The notes under the pieces were generated by a model that was given only the letters and a program-made list of their open reading frames with translations, ran no database searches and was not told the DNA's origin. A stretch of DNA of 64,000 bases, from the NCBI RefSeq assembly GCF_044647545.1, contig NZ_CP172818.1. One strand, 5' to 3'. A program made the translations under genes and the position numbers. This DNA comes from Escherichia coli (GTDB taxonomy: Bacteria; Pseudomonadota; Gammaproteobacteria; Enterobacterales; Enterobacteriaceae). This document shows positions 54,545-63,878 of this stretch, piece by piece; the stretch's first letter is position 1; each line of letters opens with the position of its first letter.

Positions 54545-54761
54545 AGGAAAGTCACTTTTTCAGGGTTGCGATGTAAAGAATGATCTTATTTGTGATTATT
54601 ACCCGACTAACATACCTGTATGCGCCGCCTGAAGGAAGTCTCAACGCTGAATACAGAATTTCTAATCTGGATGCAGATTTATCTTCACCGGACGCAGACT
54701 TGTCTATGATGTCGCGTCATACTATTTTTCAACACGTTGAAATCAGGTCAGGGAGAGAAGT

Positions 54762-56414
54762 ATGAAATTATTGCAGCGGGGCGTGGCGTTAGCACTGTTA
54801 ACCACATTTACACTGGCGAGTGAAACTGCTCTGGCGTACGAGCAGGATAAAACCTACAAAATTACAGTTCTGCACACCAATGATCATCATGGGCATTTTT
54901 GGCGCAATGAATATGGTGAATATGGTCTGGCGGCGCAAAAAACGCTGGTGGATGGTATCCGCAAAGAGGTTGCGGCTGAAGGCGGTAGCGTGCTGCTACT
55001 TTCCGGTGGCGACATTAACACTGGCGTGCCCGAGTCCGACTTACAGGATGCCGAACCTGATTTTCGCGGTATGAATCTGGTGGGCTATGACGCGATGGCG
55101 ATCGGTAATCATGAATTTGATAACCCGCTCACCGTATTACGCCAGCAGGAAAAGTGGGCTAAGTTCCCGTTGCTTTCCGCCAATATCTACCAGAAAAGTA
55201 CCGGCGAGCGCCTGTTTAAACCATGGGCGCTGTTTAAGCGTCAGGATCTGAAAATTGCCGTTATTGGCCTGACGACGGATGACACAGCCAAAATTGGTAA
55301 TCCGGAATATTTCACTGATATCGAATTTCGTAAGCCCGCTGATGAAGCGAAGCTGGTGATTCAGGAGCTGCAACAGACAGAAAAGCCAGACATTATTATC
55401 GCGGCGACCCATATGGGGCATTACGACAATGGTGAGCACGGCTCTAACGCACCGGGCGATGTGGAGATGGCACGCGCGCTGCCTGCCGGATCGCTGGCGA
55501 TGATCGTCGGTGGTCACTCGCAAGATCCGGTCTGTATGGCGGCAGAAAACAAAAAACAGGTCGATTACGTGCCGGGTACGCCATGCAAACCGGATCAACA
55601 AAACGGCATCTGGATTGTGCAGGCGCATGAGTGGGGCAAATACGTGGGACGGGCTGATTTTGAGTTTCGTAATGGCGAAATGAAAATGGTTAACTACCAG
55701 CTGATTCCGGTGAACCTGAAGAAGAAAGTGACCTGGGAAGACGGGAAAAGCGAGCGCGTGCTGTACACCCCTGAAATCGCTGAAAACCAGCAAATGATCT
55801 CGCTGTTATCACCGTTCCAGAACAAAGGCAAAGCGCAGCTGGAAGTGAAAATAGGCGAAACCAATGGTCGTCTGGAAGGCGATCGTGACAAAGTGCGTTT
55901 TGTACAGACCAATATGGGGCGGTTGATTCTGGCAGCACAAATGGATCGCACTGGTGCCGACTTTGCGGTGATGAGCGGAGGCGGAATTCGTGATTCTATC
56001 GAAGCAGGTGATATCAGCTATAAAAACGTACTGAAAGTGCAGCCATTCGGCAATGTGGTGGTGTATGCCGACATGACCGGTAAAGAGGTGATTGATTACT
56101 TGACCGCCGTCGCGCAGATGAAGCCAGATTCAGGTGCCTACCCGCAATTTGCCAACGTTAGCTTTGTGGCGAAAGACGGTAAACTGAACGACCTGAAAAT
56201 CAAAGGCGAACCGGTCGATCCGGCGAAAACTTACCGCATGGCGACATTAAACTTCAATGCCACCGGCGGGGATGGCTATCCGCGCCTTGATAACAAACCG
56301 GGCTATGTGAATACCGGCTTTATTGATGCCGAAGTGCTGAAAGCGTATATCCAGAAAAGCTCGCCGCTGGATGTGAGTGTTTATGAACCGAAAGGTGAGG
56401 TGAGCTGGCAGTAA
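54762..56414 (+). CDS. ushA: Periplasmic UDP-sugar hydrolase / 5'-nucleotidase
   Basis: 550 aa with signal peptide and metallophosphatase motifs (DHHG, GNHEFD); recognised as UshA. Confidence 0.96.
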   Translation: MKLLQRGVALALLTTFTLASETALAYEQDKTYKITVLHTNDHHGHFWRNEYGEYGLAAQKTLVDGIRKEVAAEGGSVLLLSGGDINTGVPESDLQDAEPDFRGMNLVGYDAMAIGNHEFDNPLTVLRQQEKWAKFPLLSANIYQKSTGERLFKPWALFKRQDLKIAVIGLTTDDTAKIGNPEYFTDIEFRKPADEAKLVIQELQQTEKPDIIIAATHMGHYDNGEHGSNAPGDVEMARALPAGSLAMIVGGHSQDPVCMAAENKKQVDYVPGTPCKPDQQNGIWIVQAHEWGKYVGRADFEFRNGEMKMVNYQLIPVNLKKKVTWEDGKSERVLYTPEIAENQQMISLLSPFQNKGKAQLEVKIGETNGRLEGDRDKVRFVQTNMGRLILAAQMDRTGADFAVMSGGGIRDSIEAGDISYKNVLKVQPFGNVVVYADMTGKEVIDYLTAVAQMKPDSGAYPQFANVSFVAKDGKLNDLKIKGEPVDPAKTYRMATLNFNATGGDGYPRLDNKPGYVNTGFIDAEVLKAYIQKSSPLDVSVYEPKGEVSWQ

Positions 56415-56422
56415 TCCGAAAG

Positions 56423-56446
56423 TGCCGGATGTTCGCATCCGGCACA
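56423..56446. repeat. REP-like hairpin / bidirectional terminator between ushA and ybaK
   Basis: GTGCCGGATG-TTC-GCATCCGGCAC perfect inverted repeat. Confidence 0.7.
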
Positions 56447-56450
56447 ATGC

Positions 56451-56930
56451 TTAATCGCGACGGGCGATATCAGCAAATTTGGCATCGAGTATCTTTGCCA
56501 GGTCGCTTGCCGCCAGTTCGATATCCAGACCGCGCTTGCCGCCGGAAACATAAATAGTGGCAAATTCTTGTGCGGGGGTGTCGATAATCGTTGGCAGACG
56601 TTTTTTCTGCCCCAGTGGGCTAATCCCTCCAACCAGATATCCCGTCGAACGCTGCGCGACCATCGGATCGGCCATCTCAACTTTCTTGGCACCCAGCGCT
56701 TTTGCTACTTTTTTAAGATCCAGTTGACCTGCGACCGGCGTAACGGCCACGGCAAGGTGTTTCATATCACCGTTCACTGCGACCAGCAGCGTTTTGTAGA
56801 CCTGATCCGGATTCAAACCTAATTTTTTGACGACTTCATCGCCAAAATTGGTTTCAGCCGGATCGTGCTCGTAGGTGTGGATTTGAAACGAAATCTTGTT
56901 TTTTTCGAGTAATTTAACTGCGGGTGTCAT
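56451..56930 (-). CDS. ybaK: Cys-tRNA(Pro)/Cys-tRNA(Cys) deacylase (YbaK/ProX editing domain)
   Basis: 159 aa ORF recognised as YbaK. Confidence 0.94.
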   Translation of the reverse strand: MTPAVKLLEKNKISFQIHTYEHDPAETNFGDEVVKKLGLNPDQVYKTLLVAVNGDMKHLAVAVTPVAGQLDLKKVAKALGAKKVEMADPMVAQRSTGYLVGGISPLGQKKRLPTIIDTPAQEFATIYVSGGKRGLDIELAASDLAKILDAKFADIARRD

Positions 56931-57051
56931 GGTAATTTTCCTGCCTTAAACAAAAAAACGAAGCAAGCATACGCCTGATGGCGGTCCAAAAAAAAGAGTC
57001 ATCTTGCCTAAGAGTATTGGCAGGATGGTGAGATTGAGCGACAATCGAGTT

Positions 57052-57135
57052 ACACCGTCGCTTAAAGTGACGGCATAATAATAAAAAAATGAAATTCCTC
57101 TTTGACGGGCCAATAGCGATATTGGCCATTTTTTT
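57052..57135 (+). ncRNA. chiX: ChiX small regulatory RNA (Hfq-dependent; MicM/SroB)
   Basis: 84 nt ACACCGTCGCTTAAAGTGACGGCATAATAATAAAAAAATGAAATTCCTCTTTGACGGGCCAATAGCGATATTGGCCATTTTTTT, 5' hairpin plus intrinsic terminator; matches ChiX as I recall it; in the ybaK-ybaP gap. Confidence 0.88.
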
Positions 57136-57928
57136 AGCGCAACATCTGCGGCAAATTCCCTTCTCCATACAGGTGTAGTGCACCAACCGCGACCACATAT
57201 CGCCCCGGCGGCATGGCGCGTAATTTGTCCCGCCAGGCGAGATTTCGCTGATGCATCAGCACATCGTACAGCGACTGACTGAACGTATTAGGCAGCGTTA
57301 TTTCATTATTTTGTGGCGGTGTATTCAGCCACCAGCTCATCATTTGTTGCAGCAACCGTGCGTTGGTGTGCCAGTGGGTCAGCGTATCGTCCAGCAGCGC
57401 CAGTCCGTTGTCAGGGAGCTGGAGCAACATGGCAATCTGGTTTTCTGCCCCTTCCAGTTCAATCACGGGTTTATGTTGTTGCTTCGCCGCCTGCAATAGC
57501 TGGTAATCGATACCGTATTCTGCCCGCAGCCCCAGTTTTTGTGCCTGCGTCGCCTGAAGAACCATCGCGATTTGCCACAGCGGTTGGGTAGAAAAGAGTG
57601 AGGTAGAAATGCCCATCTCCTGGCTAATGTGCTGCAGGTTTTGTAATTGCTCCTCGCTAATGCGCTCTTCCAGCGCCTCGCAGGCAGGCAAATTAGCAAA
57701 AGGCGTATCGCTGGTGGAAACATCCGCCTCGACGATCAGCGCATCGGCGTTTTTGAGCTTTTTGAGCAAACGGGTGGGCAGGGGAGCCATATCGTGGCTA
57801 CCCATATGAATACTGCCGAGCAGATGAAAATGGCGATTGCCGGGAAGAGAGATATCGATAGCAGGCCAGGTGTAATGATTACCGCGCAGCGCGGCCCAAA
57901 GCGTTTTTACCCGATACAACAGATCCAT
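57134..57928 (-). CDS. ybaP: TraB/GumN family protein
   Basis: 264 aa ORF recognised as YbaP; its stop codon overlaps the chiX terminator T-tract by 2 nt. Confidence 0.9.
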   Translation of the reverse strand: MDLLYRVKTLWAALRGNHYTWPAIDISLPGNRHFHLLGSIHMGSHDMAPLPTRLLKKLKNADALIVEADVSTSDTPFANLPACEALEERISEEQLQNLQHISQEMGISTSLFSTQPLWQIAMVLQATQAQKLGLRAEYGIDYQLLQAAKQQHKPVIELEGAENQIAMLLQLPDNGLALLDDTLTHWHTNARLLQQMMSWWLNTPPQNNEITLPNTFSQSLYDVLMHQRNLAWRDKLRAMPPGRYVVAVGALHLYGEGNLPQMLR

Positions 57929-58186
57929 ACGACCTCCCTTTGTGAAATATCATGCTAGCGCGCGGGGAGGGATGGCGCAAATGGAGTTGTTGTCGCACTT
58001 GTGCACAGTGCTTGTGTGCATTACAATAATTAAACAATGGACAAGGAGATGAGAATGGAATGGCTCAAAAGAATAATATAAGGAGTTTTCGTGATCCTGC
58101 TGGCTGATTTTTTTTTCCATTCAACCCCACATCAAAAAATCCCTCTAAAATCCATACCACTTATCACAAAAGTGGACATCATTAAT

Positions 58187-58346
58187 CCCCCCCCTTCTCT
58201 CCGTTTTCCCCCCCCCCCGAAACGAAAAAAAAAGTTTTGGAAAAAAAAAGAAATTTCCCCAAAAAAAAAAAAAAAAAAAAAAAAAAATAAAAAAGGGAAA
58301 AAAAAAAAGGAAAAAAAATTTTTTTAAAAAAAAAAAAAAAAAAAAA
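58187..58346. repeat. Homopolymer-rich low-complexity block (C8, C11, A9, A9, A27, A11, A8, T7, A21) upstream of ybaQ
   Basis: Directly visible in the sequence; composition unlike any other part of the window. See findings. Confidence 0.95.
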
Positions 58347-58379
58347 CATAGCTGTCGTATTGACGAGAAAGGTAAAACC

Positions 58380-58751
58380 ATGAAACAGGCAACAAGAAAA
58401 CCGACGACACCCGGAGATATTCTTCTCTATGAATATCTGGAACCGCTCGATTTGAAAATCAATGAGTTAGCAGAGTTACTGCATGTTCATCGTAATAGCG
58501 TCAGTGCACTGATCAATAATAATCGTAAACTCACCACTGAAATGGCATTCCGTCTGGCGAAAGTTTTTGATACCACAGTCGATTTTTGGCTAAACCTCCA
58601 GGCGGCAGTTGATCTTTGGGAAGTTGAAAACAACATGCGTACCCAGGAAGAATTGGGACGGATTGAAACAGTGGCTGAATATTTGGCACGCCGTGAAGAG
58701 CGTGCAAAAAAGGTCGCGTATATGCGCCACCCTAAAGCAGTGCATCCGTAA
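58380..58751 (+). CDS. ybaQ: XRE-family HTH protein, HigA-like putative antitoxin
   Basis: 123 aa ORF with central HTH (LKINELAELLHVHRNSVSALINN); recognised as YbaQ; start taken from the track, and my recollection of the annotated length (113 aa) is not reconciled with this ORF. Confidence 0.85.
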   Translation: MKQATRKPTTPGDILLYEYLEPLDLKINELAELLHVHRNSVSALINNNRKLTTEMAFRLAKVFDTTVDFWLNLQAAVDLWEVENNMRTQEELGRIETVAEYLARREERAKKVAYMRHPKAVHP

Positions 58752-58759
58752 TGATGTAC

Positions 58760-61264
58760 TTATTCCTTCGGTTTAAATCGCAGCAATCGGTTGGCGTTAC
58801 TCACTACGGTAATCGACGAGAGCGCCATTGCCGCTCCGGCAACCACCGGGTTAAGCAGCGTACCGGTGAACGGCCACAAAATACCGGCGGCGACCGGAAT
58901 ACCAATGCTGTTGTAGATAAACGCACCGAGCAGGTTCTGCTTCATATTGCGCAGCGTTGCGCGGGAAATCGCGAGCGCATCTGCAACACCCATCAGGCTA
59001 TGGCGCATCAGGGTAATCGCCGCGGTTTCAATGGCAACATCACTGCCGCCACCCATCGCAATACCGACATCCGCCTGAGCCAGCGCTGGCGCGTCGTTAA
59101 TGCCGTCGCCCACCATTGCCACCTGACGTCCTTCACTTTGCAGACGTTTGATCGCTTCGGCTTTACCGTCCGGTAGCACCCCGGCTATCACCTCATCAAT
59201 CCCTGCTTCTTTGGCGATCGCATTGGCGGTGGTTGGGTTATCCCCGGTTAGCATCACCAGACGATATCCCGCTTTATGCAGGCGTTGCAGCGCCGCCACG
59301 CTATCACTACGCAACGGATCGCGTACAGCCAGCAGGGCTACCGCTTTCCCGTCAACCGCCAGCAGCACAGGCGTTGCCCCTTGCGATGCCTGAGCTGAAA
59401 TATCTGCCTCAATCGCTTTAGTATCAACTTGCTGGTCATTTAACAGCGCCTGATTACCCAGCAATAACGCATGACCTTCAGCTTCACCGCTCACGCCCAG
59501 CCCGCGCAATGTGCGGAAACCGTTGACCTGCGGCAGCTGCATATCACCTGCTTTATCGAGGATCGCTCGTGCCAGCGGATGGCTGGAACCTTGCTCCAGT
59601 GCCGCCGCCAGACGCAATGCCTGCGCTTCATCAACATCAGCAAACGTTTTCACTGCGACAACCTGCGGCTTCCCTTCGGTCAGCGTCCCGGTTTTATCGA
59701 ACACGACGGTGTCGAGCGTACTGGCGCGTTGCAGCGCGTCAGCGTCCCGCACCAGCACGCCAAACTCAGCCGCCCGCCCGACGCCCGAAATAATCGACAT
59801 CGGCGTCGCCAGTCCCAGCGCACACGGACAGGCAATAATCAGCACCGTGGTGGCAATCACCAGGGTATAGACAATTTGCGGTGCCGGACCAAAGAAATAC
59901 CAGATTGCCGCACTGACAAGCGCAATAACCACTACTACCGGCACAAATACGGCTGAGATTTTATCCGCCAGTTGACCGATTTCTGGCTTGCTGCTCTGGG
60001 CCTGTCGCACCATGCGAATGATCCGTGACAGCGTAGTATGGCTGCCGACCGCACTGGCGCGAAACAGCACACTGCCGTCCTGTACCACTGTCCCGGCATG
60101 GACGCTATCGCCTTCGCCTTTTTGCTGCGGGATTGGTTCGCCCGTCAGCATCGCTTCATCCAGCCACGCTTCGCCCTGGGTAATTTCACCATCTACCGGC
60201 ACCCGATCACCCGTCGTCAGGCGCAGCAACATACCTGGCTGAACATCTGCCAGCGGCACGTTTTTTTCACCTTCGTTGGTGACCAGGCGCGCCGTCGGTG
60301 GGGTTAAATCGAGTAATTTCTCCAGCGCCTTAGAAGAACGCTGACGTGCGCGCGCTTCCAGCATATGACCGAGATTAATCAGACCGATAATCATCGCACT
60401 GGCTTCATAGTAAAGATGTCGCGCTTCCATCGGGAACCACTGCGGCCACAGGTTGACGCTCATTGAATAGAGCCACGCCACGCCCGTACCCAGCGCCACC
60501 AGCGTATCCATCGTCGCTGCACCGTTCAGCAGGCTTTTCCATGCGCTGCGGTAAAAATGGCCGCCGGCGAAAACCATTACCGCCAGGGTTATCAGGCCGA
60601 TAACCAACCACAGGCTGCGGTTGTCGGCGGTGACCATCATGTTATCGCCGATCATCCCCCAGACCATCACCGGGATACCCACCGCCAGTGCGACAATCGC
60701 CTGCCAGCGGAAGCGCTTCATCGTAGCGACGGCGGTTTCTTGCTGGCGCTCGCGGCGTTTAGCGTCATCTTCAATCGCTTCCGCGCCGTAGCCCGCTTTT
60801 TCCACCGCCTGCACTAAATCTTGTGGGGAGGCACTGCCCATCACCAGCGCAGTACGCTCCGCCAGGTTTACCCGTGCCTGAGTGACGCCCGGTACGCTTT
60901 GCAACGCATTTTGTACGCGGGTGACACAGCTGGCGCAGCTCATGCCGCTCAGCAGCAACTGCTGGCTGTCATCGTCATCGGCGGTCGCTGCCGGAAGCGC
61001 CTCAGAAACCGCTGTCAGTGCTTCCGACGGGATTGATGACTCCGCCAGCGGTTTAGCCTTTGGGTGGCTTACAGATGCGTCATAACCCGCTTGTTTGATG
61101 GTTTCGATCAGCTGTTCTGCACTGGCAGTCCCGGTAACGTGCGCTTCAGTGACAGACACATCCGCCTGCTCAACATCCGGGCGCTGTTCGAGACTTTCTT
61201 TCACGCGTTTAACGCAGTGACCGCAGGACAGGCCGTCCAGGGTCAGGTCGATAGTTTGTGACAT
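58760..61264 (-). CDS. copA: Cu(I)-exporting P1B-type ATPase
   Basis: 834 aa; two N-terminal CxxC metal-binding domains (GLSCGHC, GMSCASC), CPC in TM6, DKTGT phosphorylation motif. Confidence 0.97.
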   Translation of the reverse strand: MSQTIDLTLDGLSCGHCVKRVKESLEQRPDVEQADVSVTEAHVTGTASAEQLIETIKQAGYDASVSHPKAKPLAESSIPSEALTAVSEALPAATADDDDSQQLLLSGMSCASCVTRVQNALQSVPGVTQARVNLAERTALVMGSASPQDLVQAVEKAGYGAEAIEDDAKRRERQQETAVATMKRFRWQAIVALAVGIPVMVWGMIGDNMMVTADNRSLWLVIGLITLAVMVFAGGHFYRSAWKSLLNGAATMDTLVALGTGVAWLYSMSVNLWPQWFPMEARHLYYEASAMIIGLINLGHMLEARARQRSSKALEKLLDLTPPTARLVTNEGEKNVPLADVQPGMLLRLTTGDRVPVDGEITQGEAWLDEAMLTGEPIPQQKGEGDSVHAGTVVQDGSVLFRASAVGSHTTLSRIIRMVRQAQSSKPEIGQLADKISAVFVPVVVVIALVSAAIWYFFGPAPQIVYTLVIATTVLIIACPCALGLATPMSIISGVGRAAEFGVLVRDADALQRASTLDTVVFDKTGTLTEGKPQVVAVKTFADVDEAQALRLAAALEQGSSHPLARAILDKAGDMQLPQVNGFRTLRGLGVSGEAEGHALLLGNQALLNDQQVDTKAIEADISAQASQGATPVLLAVDGKAVALLAVRDPLRSDSVAALQRLHKAGYRLVMLTGDNPTTANAIAKEAGIDEVIAGVLPDGKAEAIKRLQSEGRQVAMVGDGINDAPALAQADVGIAMGGGSDVAIETAAITLMRHSLMGVADALAISRATLRNMKQNLLGAFIYNSIGIPVAAGILWPFTGTLLNPVVAGAAMALSSITVVSNANRLLRFKPKE
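61057..61063 (-). promoter_or_regulatory. Candidate copA programmed -1 frameshift heptamer (C CCA AAG) yielding the CopA(Z) chaperone
   Basis: Minus-strand CCCAAAG at codons His-Pro-Lys (HPKAKPL), about codon 69-70, directly after the first metal-binding domain; placement follows the published CopA(Z) frameshift as I recall it. Confidence 0.6.
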
Positions 61265-61303
61265 AAAACACTCCTTTTAAGACAGTTTTGACTGGCTGTG
61301 ATA

Positions 61304-61334
61304 AAGGTTAAACCTTCCAGCAAGGGGAAGGTCA
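61304..61334 (-). promoter_or_regulatory. copA promoter with CueR box (MerR-type, 19-bp spacer)
   Basis: Minus strand reads TTGACC-N19-TAACCT; the spacer contains the dyad CCTTCC-N7-GGAAGG (61312-61330). Confidence 0.85.
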
Positions 61335-61526
61335 AGAAATTAATAAACCAGGCGGGTAAAAGTACGTAAAGATTAAAAAATCGGCTCGATTTGCATCAGG
61401 ATTAGACATTTATCTCTTTGTTTTCCTGTAGTTAAGTTGCGGGTGCTAAGTTAAATCAGGATGCCTGAAAATTGGCACCGGGGTGAGGAATTACCTCCCG
61501 CATCTATAAAAAGGAGTTAACAAAAG

Positions 61527-62459
61527 ATGTTAGATGCAAACAAATTACAGCAGGCAGTGGATCAGGCTTACACCCAATTTCACTCACTTAACGGCGGACA
61601 AAATGCCGACTACATTCCCTTTCTGGCGAATGTACCTGGTCAACTGGCAGCAGTGGCTATTGTGACCTGCGATGGCAACATCTATCGCGCGGGTGATAGT
61701 GATTACCGCTTTGCGCTGGAATCCATCTCGAAAGTCTGTACGTTAGCCCTTGCGTTAGAAGATGTCGGCCCGCAGGCGGTACAGGACAAAATTGGCGCTG
61801 ACCCGACCGGATTGCCCTTTAACTCAGTTATCGCCTTAGAGTTGCATGGCGGCAAACCGCTGTCGCCACTGGTAAATGCTGGCGCTATTGCCACCACCAG
61901 CCTGATTAACGCTGAAAATACTGAACAACGCTGGCAGCGAATTTTACATATCCAACAACAACTGGCTGGTGAGCAGGTAGCGCTCTCTGACGAAGTCAAC
62001 CAGTCGGAACAAACAACCAACTTCCATAACCGGGCCATTGCCTGGCTGCTGTACTCCGCCGGATATCTCTATTGTGATGCAATGGAAGCCTGTGACGTGT
62101 ACACCCGTCAGTGCTCCACGCTCATCAATACTGTTGAACTGGCAACGCTTGGCGCGACGCTGGCGGCGGGTGGTGTGAATCCGCTGACGCATAAACGCGT
62201 TCTTCAGGCCGACAACGTGCCGTACATTCTGGCTGAAATGATGATGGAAGGGCTGTATGGTCGCTCCGGTGACTGGGCGTATCGCGTTGGTTTACCGGGC
62301 AAAAGCGGTGTAGGTGGCGGTATTCTGGCGGTCGTCCCTGGCGTGATGGGAATTGCCGCGTTCTCACCACCGCTGGACGAAGAAGGCAACAGTGTTCGCG
62401 GTCAAAAAATGGTGGCATCGGTCGCTAATCAACTCGGCTATAACGTGTTTAAGGGCTGA
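61527..62459 (+). CDS. glsA: Glutaminase 1
   Basis: 310 aa serine-dependent glutaminase ORF recognised as GlsA/YbaS. Confidence 0.95.
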   Translation: MLDANKLQQAVDQAYTQFHSLNGGQNADYIPFLANVPGQLAAVAIVTCDGNIYRAGDSDYRFALESISKVCTLALALEDVGPQAVQDKIGADPTGLPFNSVIALELHGGKPLSPLVNAGAIATTSLINAENTEQRWQRILHIQQQLAGEQVALSDEVNQSEQTTNFHNRAIAWLLYSAGYLYCDAMEACDVYTRQCSTLINTVELATLGATLAAGGVNPLTHKRVLQADNVPYILAEMMMEGLYGRSGDWAYRVGLPGKSGVGGGILAVVPGVMGIAAFSPPLDEEGNSVRGQKMVASVANQLGYNVFKG

Positions 62460-62461
62460 TC

Positions 62462-63754
62462 ATGATGAACACGGAAGGTAATAACGATAACAAACCCCTC
62501 GGTCTATGGAACGTCGTTTCCATCGGTATTGGGGCAATGGTGGGGGCGGGGATCTTCGCGCTGCTGGGGCAGGCTGCGTTGCTAATGGAAGCCTCGACCT
62601 GGGTCGCCTTTGCTTTTGGCGGTATTGTGGCGATGTTTTCCGGTTATGCCTATGCGCGCCTGGGGGCGAGCTATCCCAGCAATGGCGGTATTATCGACTT
62701 CTTTCGTCGCGGATTAGGCAACGGCGTCTTTTCGCTGGCACTCTCGTTATTGTACCTGTTGACGCTGGCGGTGAGCATCGCCATGGTCGCCCGTGCTTTT
62801 GGCGCTTATGCCGTGCAGTTTTTGCATGAAGGCAGTCAGGAGGAGCACCTTATATTGCTCTACGCGTTGGGGATCATTGCGGTGATGACGCTTTTCAACT
62901 CCTTAAGCAACCATGCGGTAGGGCGGCTGGAAGTGATCCTCGTCGGCATTAAAATGATGATCCTGTTATTGCTGATCATTGCCGGTGTCTGGTCGCTGCA
63001 ACCGGCGCATATTTCCGTCTCTGCGCCCCCCAGCTCCGGTGCGTTCTTCTCCTGTATCGGGATAACCTTCCTTGCCTATGCGGGCTTTGGCATGATGGCG
63101 AACGCGGCGGATAAAGTGAAAGATCCGCAGGTCATTATGCCACGGGCGTTTCTGGTGGCGATTGGCGTTACCACGTTGCTTTATATCTCGCTGGCGCTGG
63201 TTTTGCTTAGCGATGTATCGGCATTAGAGTTAGAAAAATATGCCGATACCGCCGTAGCGCAGGCAGCTTCTCCGCTGCTCGGGCATGTGGGTTATGTGAT
63301 CGTCGTCATCGGCGCTTTACTGGCGACGGCTTCAGCCATCAACGCGAACCTGTTCGCCGTGTTTAACATCATGGACAACATGGGCAGCGAACGCGAACTG
63401 CCGAAGCTAATGAATAAATCCCTGTGGCGGCAGAGTACCTGGGGCAACATCATTGTCGTGGTGCTGATTATGCTGATGACGGCGGCGCTGAATTTAGGCT
63501 CACTCGCCAGCGTTGCCAGCACCACCTTTTTGATCTGCTATCTGGCGGTGTTTGTGGTGGCGATCCGCCTACGTCATGATATTCACGCCTCGTTGCCGAT
63601 TCTTATCGTTGGTACGTTGGTGATGTTGTTGGTGATCGTTGGCTTTATCTACAGCCTGTGGTCCCAGGGCAGCCGTGCGTTGATATGGATTATTGGTGCA
63701 ATCTTACTCAGCCTTATTGTGGCAATGGTCATGAAGCGCAATAAAACCGTATAA
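62462..63754 (+). CDS. ybaT: APC-superfamily amino acid transporter (putative)
   Basis: 430 aa, about 12 TM segments; starts 3 nt after the glsA stop (operon). Confidence 0.92.
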   Translation: MMNTEGNNDNKPLGLWNVVSIGIGAMVGAGIFALLGQAALLMEASTWVAFAFGGIVAMFSGYAYARLGASYPSNGGIIDFFRRGLGNGVFSLALSLLYLLTLAVSIAMVARAFGAYAVQFLHEGSQEEHLILLYALGIIAVMTLFNSLSNHAVGRLEVILVGIKMMILLLLIIAGVWSLQPAHISVSAPPSSGAFFSCIGITFLAYAGFGMMANAADKVKDPQVIMPRAFLVAIGVTTLLYISLALVLLSDVSALELEKYADTAVAQAASPLLGHVGYVIVVIGALLATASAINANLFAVFNIMDNMGSERELPKLMNKSLWRQSTWGNIIVVVLIMLMTAALNLGSLASVASTTFLICYLAVFVVAIRLRHDIHASLPILIVGTLVMLLVIVGFIYSLWSQGSRALIWIIGAILLSLIVAMVMKRNKTV

Positions 63755-63878
63755 CATCTCTCTGTGCGCAGTACTTCCTGTATTATTGTGGTGGCGGTCG
63801 ATATTCGCACTGGCAAAAAAACGTGCTTGAATATTTGTTGAAACCCTTTAACAAAGCACAGGAGGCGTTGCGCGAACG

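Noticed and set aside
57929-58090. Short ORFs (for example MDKEMRMEWLKRII) between ybaP and the low-complexity block as a possible toxin partner for ybaQ
   Set aside because: Too short (14 aa or fewer), with no ribosome-binding-site context and no resemblance to RelE/HigB; kept only as something to test, not called.
58091-58381. Two 78-aa ORFs in the track (58091..58327 plus strand, 58145..58381 minus strand) inside the homopolymer block
   Set aside because: Their translations are poly-Lys and poly-Phe strings produced by A/T homopolymers; no start context, no domain, a pure composition artefact.
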